IMG/VR virus record: IMGVR_UViG_2574180309_000001
Coordinates: 1 to 64,000 of that record
Length of the DNA: 64,000 nucleotides
DNA from: a virus
Taxonomy: Duplodnaviria > Caudoviricetes
Reading direction: 5' to 3' (one strand)
Below, one piece after another: positions 52,501 through 62,302 of this stretch (position 1 is its first letter; every line of letters begins with the position of its first letter). Under the pieces are notes generated by a model. It searched no databases. It worked only from the letters and a program-made list of their open reading frames with translations, and was not told where the DNA came from. The position numbers and the translations under genes are program-made.

Positions 52501-53557
52501 ACGTGGTTATATAGGATTTATGGAAGCAAATGATGGAAGTATTCAACCTTCATTAGTCCTTGGTTCTGATAATAGAAAATACGCCGGCACAGGATCGTTT
52601 TATATTTATCAAGTCATGCCGCGAATTAATGGAGTCGATCAACCTTCTAAAGCGTATGCAACATTTGGGATTTCTAAAGGAGAAAATGCAGAAGGCACTA
52701 ATATATGGTCATCATATATTAATATGCAGAATGACGGTGGACATCTTTATGCGTATGCAGCCGGAAGATTATACTTTGATAATTTGAATGACATTGTTTT
52801 TAACTCAGTGGGATGGGCTCGAGGATACGGGAAGTTTATAGTGACAACCACAGAACCACATTATTTTAAAAATGACTATGGTGAGTTTCATTTTGATAGA
52901 AAAAGTACTGGTAACAGTATATACTTTGCCAATGGCGTTAATGATCACGATTTAAGTATGGGGAGATTAACGATAAGAGCAAGTCTCGTATCAGGTTATG
53001 ATACAAGTTTGCAAATTAAAGATACGTATGGTAATGGATGGCGAGATATAGAATTAAGAACGCTGCGAGCGCAAGAAAATGTAAATGCCAATGGTCAAAT
53101 GTGGGCGAAAGCATTTAATCCTACATCAGCTAGGAATATGAAAGAAAACATAAAAGATATTCCTTTCTCAGCTCTTGATAAAATCATGAGTTTAGCTATC
53201 AAACAGTACAACTTCAAGGACGACATGTATGATCTGTATCAAATGCGTGTGAACAAGCCGGAAGAACAAACAGAACCATATACAACAAAAGAAATTGAAA
53301 CGTATTTCGGTATGATTGCAGATGATACGGAAGATATATTTACAGATAAAGAGAAACGGGCCATTAATTTATATAATACTGTTTCTATTTTTATTGCAGC
53401 TTTCCAACAGCAGTATCATCAATTTAACGAAGAGTTAACTACTGTTAAAGGTGAGAATAAACAACTAAAAGAGCAAGTTACGAAACTAACAAACGATGTG
53501 TCCACATTAACAGAATTAGTACAAAAATTAATAGACGAGAAACCAGAGCAGCCATAA
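49523..53557 (+). CDS. Tail spike/Tal with C-terminal intramolecular chaperone (peptidase S74-like)
   Basis: N-terminal phage minor structural domain, coiled coils, GGRNLL module, TSARNMKENIK...GMIA. Confidence 0.85.
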   Translation: MRTPSGILHVVDFKTDQIISAIQPKDYWADNRHWEIKNNIDMLEFKTFDGTPHAVTLQQQNLVLKEVRDGRIVPYVINNEVEKDSDDRSLTVHASGAWVQIAKDGIIKPQRIESETVNTFINIALADSKWQRGITDYSSFHTMTIDEFIDPLTFLKKIAALFELEIQYRVEVSGSQITGWYVDMIKKRGRETGKEVTLGKDLVGIRRIEHSRDICTALVGFVRGEGNKLITIESINNGLLYITDSDAFQRWNAHGKHKFGFYTPETEDQNMTPQRLMTLMKTELKKRVNSSASYEIEAQSIGRIFGLAHELINEGDTIRIKDTGFTPKLYLEARVIAGDESFTDPTQDKYVFGDYREITDQNEEIRKIYNRILSSLGSKQELIDQLDKLVKEANETASNAKKESEAAKILAEKVQENIKNNTVDIIEAKNPPTTGLKPYKTLWRDISNGKPGILKIWTGTEWEPVVPDVESVKKETLEQVNKDIQSTKEELDKKVEDAQKETNGQFKKVTENLQEVSLTIKNVKKSQGEIDKKVTSLQQTNEGFNKSIEALTKKDGEITEKLNTVVETSEGTVKKISEVQQTTSELKKTTTEIEEKAGEISEKLTSVETKVNNDKAGGRNLLLDSNIKYEKTDYLINQYSLTENFFAGEEYTFVIKGSVPQGQKFGIWQNGGSNNVGYATSVYANGITYVTFKAGATTSGNERKLSLYNYPSNTTKAIVDWVALYKGNKPQDWTSAPEEQVTTDEFTKKTTEITKSVDGIKETMTKVENNQSGFDKRVATVEKDATAIKQNVSLIQNTQTEQGRQLQEAKAGWENTAKALEGKVELKQVEDYVAGFKIPELKQTVDKNKQDLLGELANKLATNQFNQKMTSIDNRFTINEQGINASAKKIEVYTKEQANGQFATSSYVRDMETRLQLTEKGVSISVKENDVIAAFNMSKENITLNANKINLVGFITANHIKGKVLEGVTLKTSGNRFVEINKQDMKIFDADTPRGYIGFMEANDGSIQPSLVLGSDNRKYAGTGSFYIYQVMPRINGVDQPSKAYATFGISKGENAEGTNIWSSYINMQNDGGHLYAYAAGRLYFDNLNDIVFNSVGWARGYGKFIVTTTEPHYFKNDYGEFHFDRKSTGNSIYFANGVNDHDLSMGRLTIRASLVSGYDTSLQIKDTYGNGWRDIELRTLRAQENVNANGQMWAKAFNPTSARNMKENIKDIPFSALDKIMSLAIKQYNFKDDMYDLYQMRVNKPEEQTEPYTTKEIETYFGMIADDTEDIFTDKEKRAINLYNTVSIFIAAFQQQYHQFNEELTTVKGENKQLKEQVTKLTNDVSTLTELVQKLIDEKPEQP

Positions 53558-53789
53558 GCTGTTTTTTATTTTTAGAAAAAGTTTATGGTGGGGTTCTATG
53601 ATGACACGATTAGAACAGGTACTGAGTATAAAGAAAGGGCGACTGTAAGCGGAGTGTAAATGGTTCAAAATATTAACGAGCAGATTTGATGCATGGCAAG
53701 TTATCTTTGTAAAAGAATCAAACATTAAGATTAATAAAAAGTGATTTAAAAAACGTTACTCTTGATGTCAATTAAATCACTAATATTAA

Positions 53790-54116
53790 TTAATCTTGTG
53801 AATTTACGTTTTCATGATTCCCTAAGTTTGAATCATGATGATTACTTTCCGAATGATCCTGAGCACTTTTCATAGACGCTGTAATAAATGCGGTTGTCAT
53901 TACGGCATTCATCCAGTCAGCTTCAGCATCATTAGTATTTGTTCCTGAATCGTTATGACTACCATTTTTTTGTATTGAGTAAGGGTTTTTAAATTCTTTT
54001 TTTATAGATTTGCTATTTTGCTTCTTTCTGTCAAAATTCTTCATAATTACCAATGATATCAAGCATACAATCAAGACTATTAGGAAGAAAATTATTTTTT
54101 CCATGTGCACACCCAC
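53790..54116 (-). CDS. Membrane-anchored hypothetical protein (moron)
   Basis: N-terminal TM; opposite strand. Confidence 0.6.
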   Translation of the reverse strand: MGVHMEKIIFFLIVLIVCLISLVIMKNFDRKKQNSKSIKKEFKNPYSIQKNGSHNDSGTNTNDAEADWMNAVMTTAFITASMKSAQDHSESNHHDSNLGNHENVNSQD

Positions 54117-54295
54117 TTTCTACTTTATACAATAACAAATAAAACAGCACAATAATAGGTTATAAGGGGACTCTCAAAAATGATACTATTCTGAATAGAA
54201 TGCGGTTTTTGTTTTGAAATTTCTGCAAAATATTCACCCTAAATAAGGTTGTCTCATATCATGTAGAGATTGCTTTATTAAGATTTTAAAAGGAT

Positions 54296-54529
54296 GTGAA
54301 TATATTGGAAGATGTATATGTAAAAATCGACAGTTTAAAAGCAGAACAAAAAGAAATTATGCGAGATATTCGTAATTTAGAAACTCGCACAACAATTAAT
54401 GAGAAAGACATCACCACAATTAATAAGCAATTAGAAAAGATAAGCCTGAATACAACTTGGATTTTACGAATCATTATTAGTGCAATTACTATGTCAGTTT
54501 TGGGTTTAATATTAAAAGGGATGATTTAA
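54296..54529 (+). CDS. XhlA/XpaF1-like small membrane protein
   Basis: Coiled coil, NTTWILRIII, C-terminal TM. Confidence 0.7.
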   Translation: MNILEDVYVKIDSLKAEQKEIMRDIRNLETRTTINEKDITTINKQLEKISLNTTWILRIIISAITMSVLGLILKGMI

Positions 54530-54604
54530 TATTTTAAAATAAAAGTACTTATTGAGAGAGGGACAAGCGTCTCTCTTTTTTATTGTAAATAAGGAGATGA
54601 AAAG

Positions 54605-55030
54605 ATGGATCGTATTGATGTATTAATGAAAATATTTATAGCTACCTTCGGCGCCTTCTGTGGGTACTTTTTAGGCGGGTGGGATACAACATTGAAAGTT
54701 CTAGTAATCATGGCAGCTATTGACTATATAACAGGCGTATTTGCAGCAGGATATAACGGAGAGCTAAAAAGTAAAGTTGGTTTCAAAGGCATCGCCAAAA
54801 AGGTGGTGCTTTTTCTTTTGGTTGGAGTGGCGACCCAACTAGATGTGGCACTTGGAAGCAATAGTGCTATTCGAGAAGCAACAATTTTCTTTTTCATGGG
54901 TAATGAATTACTTTCACTTTTAGAAAATGCTGGTCGAATGGGTATTCCGTTGCCACAAGCTTTAACAAATGCAGTTGAAATTTTAGGTGGTAAACAAAAA
55001 CAAGAAGAGAAAAAGGGAGATGTTCAATAA
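54605..55030 (+). CDS. Holin (TcdE/phage holin 4 family)
   Basis: DYITG, GFKGIAKK, NELLSLLEN.GRMGIP. Confidence 0.9.
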   Translation: MDRIDVLMKIFIATFGAFCGYFLGGWDTTLKVLVIMAAIDYITGVFAAGYNGELKSKVGFKGIAKKVVLFLLVGVATQLDVALGSNSAIREATIFFFMGNELLSLLENAGRMGIPLPQALTNAVEILGGKQKQEEKKGDVQ

Positions 55031-55959
55031 TGGAAATCAGAAAAAAATTAGTTGACCCAAGTAAATATGGTACAAAGTGTCCGTATACAATGAATCCAGA
55101 ATTTATCACAGTTCATAATACGTATAACGATGCTACAGCAGAAAATGAAGTATCTTATATGATTCGCAATGATAACCAAGTCTCGTTTCATATTGCGGTA
55201 GATGATAAAGAAGCTGTACAAGGAATTCCTTTAGAGCGTAATGCTTGGCATTGCGGTGATGGTAACGGAAATCGTAAATCTATTGGAGTTGAAATCTGTT
55301 ACTCTTTAAGTGGTGGAAATCGATATTATAAAGCAGAAGATAATGCAGCTATCGTTGTAGCTCAACTCATGAAACAGTACAATATTCCAATTAGTAAAGT
55401 TCGCACACACCAATCATGGAGTGGAAAGTACTGTCCTCATCGTATGTTAGCAGAAGGACGTTGGAATAGCTTTATTGAAAGAGTTCAAAATTCATATAAC
55501 GGTGGAGGTAGTCCAGTAATGCCAACTCCTATTCCACCGTCAACTAACAAGACAGGTATTGCGTATATTGAAGGGAATGACATTAACCTCCGTAAAGGGC
55601 CAGGTACTGGATACGGGGTTATTCGTCAATTAGGTAAAGGTGAGTCCTACCAAGTTTGGGGTGAGTCAAACGGATGGTTAAACCTTGGTGGTGATCAGTG
55701 GATTTATAATGATCCATCGTACATTCGTTATACAGGAGGAAATGCACCAGTTCCAACACAATCATCCAATGATGGCGTTGGTGTCGTGACTATTACAGCG
55801 GATGTGTTACGCGTTCGTACTGGCCCAGGAACTAACTATAGCGTCATAAAAAATGTGCACCAGAGTGAAAGATATCAATCTTGGGGATATAGAGACGGTT
55901 GGTATAATGTTGGTGGCGACCAATGGGTTTCAGGTGGATATGTGAAATTCGAGAAATAA
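55030..55959 (+). CDS. Endolysin, N-acetylmuramoyl-L-alanine amidase (Amidase_2) plus two SH3b domains
   Basis: ITVHNT, SFH, AWHCGD, SIGVEIC, KYCP; NLRKGPGT and RVRTGPGT. Confidence 0.93.
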   Translation: MEIRKKLVDPSKYGTKCPYTMNPEFITVHNTYNDATAENEVSYMIRNDNQVSFHIAVDDKEAVQGIPLERNAWHCGDGNGNRKSIGVEICYSLSGGNRYYKAEDNAAIVVAQLMKQYNIPISKVRTHQSWSGKYCPHRMLAEGRWNSFIERVQNSYNGGGSPVMPTPIPPSTNKTGIAYIEGNDINLRKGPGTGYGVIRQLGKGESYQVWGESNGWLNLGGDQWIYNDPSYIRYTGGNAPVPTQSSNDGVGVVTITADVLRVRTGPGTNYSVIKNVHQSERYQSWGYRDGWYNVGGDQWVSGGYVKFEK

Positions 55960-55990
55960 AAACAAGAGCCGTCCTGTTGGGCGGCTTTTT

Positions 55991-56344
55991 TTAGTTTATA
56001 TTCACTAATTCATCAAACTTAAATTCTGTTTTGAGTCCAAATGCATCTCTACAATACACAGTTTTTAGCATCGGTTCGATATGTAATACATTTATATAAA
56101 TGTCTTGTACCATTCCGTCACGATAGTATGAGATATGTATTTCTTCTTTGTTTTGTAGCGATTGAATAAGACCAATTTGCAGTTGTTCTTTCATATCTTC
56201 AGTAACAATTGGTTTCGGTACTTTATTCAAATCGCTAATTATTTCTCGTATTACTTCGTATTGTTCCGGCATACTGGCAAAAGGCTGCCACTTGACCATG
56301 CCCCTCCCACGTAATTTAGGTGTTCCCCAGCTATGATTTTCCAT
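55991..56344 (-). CDS. YolD-like protein
   Basis: RGMVKWQPFASMPEQ. Confidence 0.85.
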   Translation of the reverse strand: MENHSWGTPKLRGRGMVKWQPFASMPEQYEVIREIISDLNKVPKPIVTEDMKEQLQIGLIQSLQNKEEIHISYYRDGMVQDIYINVLHIEPMLKTVYCRDAFGLKTEFKFDELVNIN

Positions 56345-56383
56345 GATGATCCCTCAATTCGTGTAATTTATGCTTATTATACA

Positions 56384-56397
56384 CGAACGTGCGTTCT
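56384..56397. promoter_or_regulatory. LexA (SOS) box
   Basis: CGAAC-GTGC-GTTCT upstream of the YolD-like gene. Confidence 0.8.
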
Positions 56398-56399
56398 TT

Positions 56400-56639
56400 T
56401 TAAACTGCTTTTTCTGCTTTGTTTTTCCCCTCTAATTCCTTATTTAAAAATTCTATTCGTCGTTGGATAAATTCAATTTCACTTCGGCGAGCTGCATTAT
56501 ATCCTTTGAAATGCCCTTTTGCGTAACCATCAGCAGCTTTTATTTCATTTTCAAAATCATTAATGCTATCCGTTAAGAATTGAATGCGTTCATTCATTAT
56601 TTCTATGAAGTATTCAACTGACTTTCTTTCCATACCCAT
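56400..56639 (-). CDS. Hypothetical coiled-coil protein
   Basis: RBS AAGGAG. Confidence 0.6.
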   Translation of the reverse strand: MGMERKSVEYFIEIMNERIQFLTDSINDFENEIKAADGYAKGHFKGYNAARRSEIEFIQRRIEFLNKELEGKNKAEKAV

Positions 56640-56673
56640 ACAGCTCCTTTTTTTACTAAATTACAATATCGTT

Positions 56674-56907
56674 TTACATATCCCAAAAATCTCGTTCGTC
56701 TATATTCCTACCTAACTCTTTTAATCCCTTAACAATTTGAATTATCGTCGAAAACTTCGGTCTATATTTTTTATCATTACACACTTTAGAAATAGTGGCT
56801 GTACTTAGTTTCGATGTTCTTTCTAATTCAATTTGAGCTATTCCATTTCGATCAAGATAGCTACCAAATTTTGTACGCTTTTTCCCCAGTCCGAACACGT
56901 TTATCAC
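56674..56907 (-). CDS. XRE HTH regulator
   Basis: FGLGKKRTKFG...STATISKVC; divergent from the FtsK operon. Confidence 0.8.
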   Translation of the reverse strand: MINVFGLGKKRTKFGSYLDRNGIAQIELERTSKLSTATISKVCNDKKYRPKFSTIIQIVKGLKELGRNIDERDFWDM

Positions 56908-56991
56908 CTCATCAACATCTTGACCTATTTCTTACTTTTTTAAACTAAGGCAAAAAAATAAGAAATTGTCCAAGCTGTACACCATATGATT

Positions 56992-57111
56992 TATCAAGGT
57001 CGCTACCAAAGTAGCTACCACAGTAAATAGCTAAATTGCTATCAAGGTAACTAGTATTTGCACTATCAAAGTAGCTATCAAGTTAGCTATCAAAATAACA
57101 CTACCAAGGTA
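56992..57111. repeat. Iteron-like CTAYCAA repeats
   Basis: About eight degenerate copies of (G)CTAYCAA(R)GTA. Confidence 0.75.
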
Positions 57112-57173
57112 TTAGGCCGATAAACCCACGCAATAAAAGGATTCTAAATTCTGTTTATAAAGGGGGGTTTTAT

Positions 57174-57368
57174 ATGTTAACTACATTTATTTCATTAGGA
57201 GTTTTAGGAGCAACAACAATTGGTGGAGCTATATTAGAGACACACCTTGTAAAGAATGATCACGTTGCAGCAGCTAAACTTTTAAGCGATGGAATGTATC
57301 ACGGAATGAGAATAGGTGGAATTTGTTTTATCGGTTATGTATTTATCAAAATTTTAATCATGTTCTAG
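57174..57368 (+). CDS. Small membrane protein
   Basis: Two hydrophobic segments; first gene of the FtsK operon. Confidence 0.65.
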   Translation: MLTTFISLGVLGATTIGGAILETHLVKNDHVAAAKLLSDGMYHGMRIGGICFIGYVFIKILIMF

Positions 57369-57378
57369 GAGGTGTCAC

Positions 57379-58545
57379 ATGGGACTCATCAAAGATTGGC
57401 TCCATAAGCAAAATTTAAAGAATCAACTTATAGAGGTATTTAGGAAAGCAGGTTTATATGTGGACCATCAAACGAGAGGTGGTAAAGTACCCATTTATCC
57501 AAAGATACATTCCATTTCTTCCACACAAGAAAATGTTCGATATGTATTTACCATTCCGAATGGTTTGGATCCGAAGAATATTGAAAAGAAATGGTTTTGC
57601 TTTCAACAAATATTAGGACGTAATGTAGCGATTGAAGGTGATATTAAGCGATTTGTTCTTAATGTATTCCATTCAGATGCTGGACTACAAACATACAAGT
57701 ACAGTTATAAGAAATGGCAGCCATTATTAAAACAACATCGTCTTCCTGTTGTGGTAGGACGTGACCAATATGGAAACATGATTGCGTATGACATGGTTGA
57801 TTCAAATACACCTCATTTACTCATAGCAGGAGAGACAGGTAGCGGTAAAAGTAGTATGGTACGCGTTGTTCTGTCCACACTCATTCAACACATGTCTCCT
57901 GATAAGTTGCATTTGTACCTGGGCGACTTGAAGAATTCTGAGTTTCATTTCTTGAGAAGAGTAAAGCACGTAAAAGAGGTTTGCATGGAAGAAATCGAAA
58001 TGAAGATTATGCTACAGAAAGTGTGGAAGGAAATACGCGAACGTAGAAAACTGATGGAAGAGTATGAAGTGGATCATATAGATGAATACAACAAATTAAA
58101 TCCCAATAATGAAAAACCGTATATCTTACTTGCTATTGATGAAGTAGCAATGCTTCAGGATGAAAAGGAATGTATGTCTACAGTTGAAAAAATATCGGCA
58201 GTCGGTAGGGCGCTAGGAGTCTTCCTTATGCTTAGCATGCAACGTCCCGACGCAAAAGTATTAGACGGAAAGCTAAAGTTGAATATGACCGTGAGAATGG
58301 GCTTTAAATGTGATAGTACAATTAACAGTAATATCATGGGTACACCTGGTTCAGAAAACTTGGAGCAATCGGGCCAAATGATATTAAAATTGAACGGATT
58401 AAAGAAAGTGCAAGCTCCTTATTTAGAATTAAGTAAAGCGAGACAAATTGTTGAACCTTATCGCATTCCGAAAGAGGATATGAAGTCCCAGATTCCTCCG
58501 CAAGAAGAAAATCAATTGTTTGGGGTGTTAGATTATGAAGAGTAG
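57379..58545 (+). CDS. FtsK/SpoIIIE-family ATPase
   Basis: PHLLIAGETGSGKS, IDE, GRALG, QRPD. Confidence 0.92.
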   Translation: MGLIKDWLHKQNLKNQLIEVFRKAGLYVDHQTRGGKVPIYPKIHSISSTQENVRYVFTIPNGLDPKNIEKKWFCFQQILGRNVAIEGDIKRFVLNVFHSDAGLQTYKYSYKKWQPLLKQHRLPVVVGRDQYGNMIAYDMVDSNTPHLLIAGETGSGKSSMVRVVLSTLIQHMSPDKLHLYLGDLKNSEFHFLRRVKHVKEVCMEEIEMKIMLQKVWKEIRERRKLMEEYEVDHIDEYNKLNPNNEKPYILLAIDEVAMLQDEKECMSTVEKISAVGRALGVFLMLSMQRPDAKVLDGKLKLNMTVRMGFKCDSTINSNIMGTPGSENLEQSGQMILKLNGLKKVQAPYLELSKARQIVEPYRIPKEDMKSQIPPQEENQLFGVLDYEE

Positions 58546-59143
58546 AGACAAAGCGATACTGAGCGATTTGAAACATTTCAGATGTATGTCTAGGGATGAC
58601 ATAATAGATTTACATTTTCAAGGAGTGAAAAACGCAGTTACTTGCTGTAATACGGTGATGAAACGATTAAGAAGAGATGGCCATGTCGATGCAAATATCT
58701 CACAGCAGCCATTTATATATTTTCCTCAACCCAGCACACTTCGCAAAACTAGCCAAAAAATTCCCCACTTTCTCGGCATTGTAGACGTATACAAACAGCT
58801 TATCCATTATGAAAAACCGAAACTATTCAAAGTCGAACCGAAATACGGTAAAGAATTTATGGAACCAGATGCATTTACAATTTGGCGTAGATCTCCATTC
58901 TTTATTGAAGTACAGAAGTCAGTTTACAGCAAGAAGATTATGCAAGATAAGATAAACAGGTATGAATTATACTTCCACAGCCAGGAATGGCATAATGAAT
59001 CGTGGCAACCCAAAGGATCTAAATTCTTTCCATCAATCCTCATTATTACCGATAAACAGTACGATATTAATTCTTCTAATTTACGTATCTTTCAAGCTTC
59101 TTCAATTAGCAATTTTATGGGTAGTCTTGCTGTAAAAATTTAA
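58535..59143 (+). CDS. Replication-relaxation (Replic_Relax) protein
   Basis: wHTH, then H.L, EPDA, FFIEVQ, K..RY. Confidence 0.8.
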   Translation: MKSRDKAILSDLKHFRCMSRDDIIDLHFQGVKNAVTCCNTVMKRLRRDGHVDANISQQPFIYFPQPSTLRKTSQKIPHFLGIVDVYKQLIHYEKPKLFKVEPKYGKEFMEPDAFTIWRRSPFFIEVQKSVYSKKIMQDKINRYELYFHSQEWHNESWQPKGSKFFPSILIITDKQYDINSSNLRIFQASSISNFMGSLAVKI

Positions 59144-59323
59144 TAAGGAGCCCTAAACAGGGCTTTTTATTTTCAGGAACCTCTTACAATTGCATCCGTT
59201 GTAGCGTTATACGACGGACTGTACGATAGACTTTATGTTAAAAGCTTACTAATACAACTAAGTCTAATTTAATGATATTCTTATAAAAGTGAATTCAAGA
59301 AAATATTGGAAGGGCGAAAAAGC

Positions 59324-59893
59324 ATGAACTCTAATTGGATAAAGACTATGGAATTAATAACTGTGTCTATGGGGATAGCGATAATAGTTTTAGGGATTTC
59401 ATATTTTTGCGGTGGTGCGTTAATACCTCCAGCATTAGTTACGGGTATTTCTATAGCGGGACTTTGTTTAACGTTAAGTGATTCCGTAATTAAGATGGAA
59501 ACCGGTGACAATAAATTTATAAAGAGTGAATCAACTCAAATAAGAGTAGTGTCAATCGTGAATGCTTTAGCTATATTTGGAGTTATATGGTTTCCTAATT
59601 TAACTATTATTGAAAATATGGGGAGAGAAAGATTAGACTTTATAAGTACTTTTGCTAGTGTAGTTGCACTTGGCTCCGTTATTTTAGCAATTGGAAATAA
59701 TAATAGAAAAGAAGTTATGGAAGATATAATCAAAATAAAGGGTGATGTTGATGAATTCTTAAAAAGATTACCCAAATTAGAAAAAGAATTAAAAGAGGCA
59801 CAAGAAGAAGCCTTACAAAATAAAAATGAAGTTGAAAAATTAAAAATGCGTTTGAAAGAGGCACAAGAAGAATTAAAAGGAAAAAATCAGTAG
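59324..59893 (+). CDS. Multi-TM plus coiled-coil protein (moron)
   Basis: Four TM segments and a C-terminal coiled coil; flanked by direct repeats. Confidence 0.7.
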   Translation: MNSNWIKTMELITVSMGIAIIVLGISYFCGGALIPPALVTGISIAGLCLTLSDSVIKMETGDNKFIKSESTQIRVVSIVNALAIFGVIWFPNLTIIENMGRERLDFISTFASVVALGSVILAIGNNNRKEVMEDIIKIKGDVDEFLKRLPKLEKELKEAQEEALQNKNEVEKLKMRLKEAQEELKGKNQ

Positions 59894-59953
59894 GGAGAAG
59901 TCCTGTTTATTCAGGGCTTTTTTATTTTCAGGGATTTCTTCATCGTCAATACA

Positions 59954-60112
59954 GTTGCATCCGTTTTAGCGTTATGCGGTGGTTTGTTCATTATGGTTGG
60001 TAGCCAGGAACGGGGATTTTCGCTAATAAGTCGTGCAGGGATCGGCTATATAGTGGTTCAAATGATTCCATTATTTATGAGGTTGCTTGTTGAAATTGCT
60101 AAAGCAATCTAA
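59954..60112 (+). pseudogene. 5'-truncated VirB2/TrbC pilin-like remnant
   Basis: VASVLALCGGLFIMVGSQERGFSLISRAGIGYIVVQMIPLFMRLL; no start or RBS. Confidence 0.5.
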
Positions 60113-60312
60113 TAGCAACTCTTCCCTAACTAAACAGCACACCCAGTTGTACGGTAGAAGATGGGAAGAGTTACAAGGGTAACAGACAATATCTATGTTA
60201 TGCCTAAGAATCGTAATATAGAATACTAAGCCCTATGCATACAGGGATTTTTTTCTTTGCAGGAATTTCTTTACCATCATGGAATACTCTCACTAGGAGG
60301 TGTTGTGACGTT

Positions 60313-60903
60313 ATGACGGACGAAATTGTTTATTCTGCTAGTGAAGTATACAAACGACTAGGAATAAGTGATAGCACCCTTAGAAAGTACATGGAAGTAT
60401 TACAGCGAGAGAAATACATCGTAAAGAAAGATAATCGTGGCAGACGCCAATACACAGACAATGACATTATGGTGATTGAGAAATTAATCGAACTGAGTAA
60501 GCATGACGGTATGACGCTAGAAAAGGCAGCTAAGATGATTGCACAGCAAATAGAAAAAGTTAATCCGGATTTGATTCAAGAAGAAGTTGAGGAAACGGAT
60601 TTAGTGCCATTCCACATTAAACAGCAATTACAGGAACAGTACAGCGTTATGGCGCAGGAAATGAATCAAAGCATGTTAGCGATGGAGAAGCGATTGAGTG
60701 ACCAGGCGGAGCAAAACAATGAGGAAATCAAAGCGAGCGTAGAAGCGCATAATGAGCGCGTGGAAAAACGATTGGAAGCGCGGGATGAGACGCTTATGAA
60801 GACACTACGTGAAATGCAGGAAACGAAGAGAATGATGCAGGAATTTCGAGATGAGGTTGCTGCTGCGAAAGAGAAGAAAAAACCGTGGTGGCGGTTCTGG
60901 TAA
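60313..60903 (+). CDS. MerR-like HTH, coiled coil and amphipathic tail (DUF3967/RacA-like)
   Basis: SDSTLRKY, RRQY; C-terminal KKPWWRFW. Confidence 0.8.
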   Translation: MTDEIVYSASEVYKRLGISDSTLRKYMEVLQREKYIVKKDNRGRRQYTDNDIMVIEKLIELSKHDGMTLEKAAKMIAQQIEKVNPDLIQEEVEETDLVPFHIKQQLQEQYSVMAQEMNQSMLAMEKRLSDQAEQNNEEIKASVEAHNERVEKRLEARDETLMKTLREMQETKRMMQEFRDEVAAAKEKKKPWWRFW

Positions 60904-60960
60904 GAATATGTAACAAACTACGCATAGGTAAAAGAGGAGTGAGATTTCACTCCCCTTTTT

Positions 60961-62100
60961 TTAATTGTGGATTTCAATAAGCATTAGATCGCTACTACGA
61001 TTTTGCTTCTCTAAACTTATATCTATTTTAAGATTATTTTTATTTATGTGATATGTATCTGTTCTTGTATTAGAAGCTATTATTTTATCAATCTCTGTAC
61101 TCAAATCTAAGTTTGGATTTATCATGGTGATCCACTTTTTTCCTAACTCTATTAATGCTTTATTATCTTCAGCTCTATCGATTACAAAATTAACAGTAAA
61201 GTTATTTTCATCATCGCCATTTACATAAAAATTCCCATTAAATTCAGGAATCCCCTCTAATACAGGAGAGAATAAAACTATCTCTGAATGTGGAGCCCCT
61301 ACCTGTATATACTTTAAATCCGCGTTATATTTTGCATTGATTTCAGTAACAAGATTTTGTGCTTTCTTAGATATAGATTTTTTTAGTACAGATGAGCTAT
61401 CCATCCAACCCTCGTGATAAGTAATATACTCATCGGCTAAATCTTGCGGTATAACAGTAGGCTTAGATTCAGGCTCTTTTTCTGGTTTTTCCGACTTAAT
61501 AATTGCATTGTATAAGAATTGTGCATACTGCTCACGAGTTACGATATTTTTAGGTTCAAACATATTATCGCCCGTGCCAATAGTGATTTTATTTTCTTGT
61601 AATGCACTGATAGCATTTGTTGCCCAGTAATTTTTATCTACATCTTTGAAAGTAGTAGTAGATGTCGCTTTGAAATTAAAAGCCTTTGTTAATACAGAAG
61701 CCAATTGTTCACGTGTTAAAAAATCATCTGGACCAAATTTCCCATCGCCAAATCCATTTATAACACCTGCCTTACTAAGACTCAAAATTTCCTTTTCAAA
61801 CATATGTCCTTGGATATCGCTGAAAGGATTTGATGCATTAGGTTCATCTGCTGGCTTCAAGTAGTTATATATCAGTCTAGCTACTTGTCCTCGTGTAATA
61901 TTATCACCAAAACCAAATATTCCATTTCCATAACCAGCTACAATATTTTTCTCTTTTAAATCCATAATTGCTTTATAAGACCAGTGATCTACAGGAACAT
62001 CTTTAAATCCTACCGTTTCTGCTGCTTGCACATTTGTTAGAGGGGTTAGTGTTGTTGATGCGATAACTGTCCCTGCTAAGATTAGTTGTTTAAAGTTCAT
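60961..62100 (-). CDS. Secreted protein with three SLH domains
   Basis: Signal peptide; FKDVP...ITRGQ, LTREQ, VTREQ. Confidence 0.9.
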   Translation of the reverse strand: MNFKQLILAGTVIASTTLTPLTNVQAAETVGFKDVPVDHWSYKAIMDLKEKNIVAGYGNGIFGFGDNITRGQVARLIYNYLKPADEPNASNPFSDIQGHMFEKEILSLSKAGVINGFGDGKFGPDDFLTREQLASVLTKAFNFKATSTTTFKDVDKNYWATNAISALQENKITIGTGDNMFEPKNIVTREQYAQFLYNAIIKSEKPEKEPESKPTVIPQDLADEYITYHEGWMDSSSVLKKSISKKAQNLVTEINAKYNADLKYIQVGAPHSEIVLFSPVLEGIPEFNGNFYVNGDDENNFTVNFVIDRAEDNKALIELGKKWITMINPNLDLSTEIDKIIASNTRTDTYHINKNNLKIDISLEKQNRSSDLMLIEIHN

Positions 62101-62302
62101 AATTAAATCCCCTTATCCGTAAAATAATGTGTTCACACAGAACACTGTACACATTCCGTTTAATATTAACATATAGATATTAAAATTTAAATGTTTATTA
62201 TGGGAATTTTTCTCAAGTAGTTCGTTTCAATCATTTGGTGTTTTTGTTCATCTCTTTGAAAAGGAGAATAAGCAAAAAAATATTGTCAAAAATCCTTATA
62301 TC

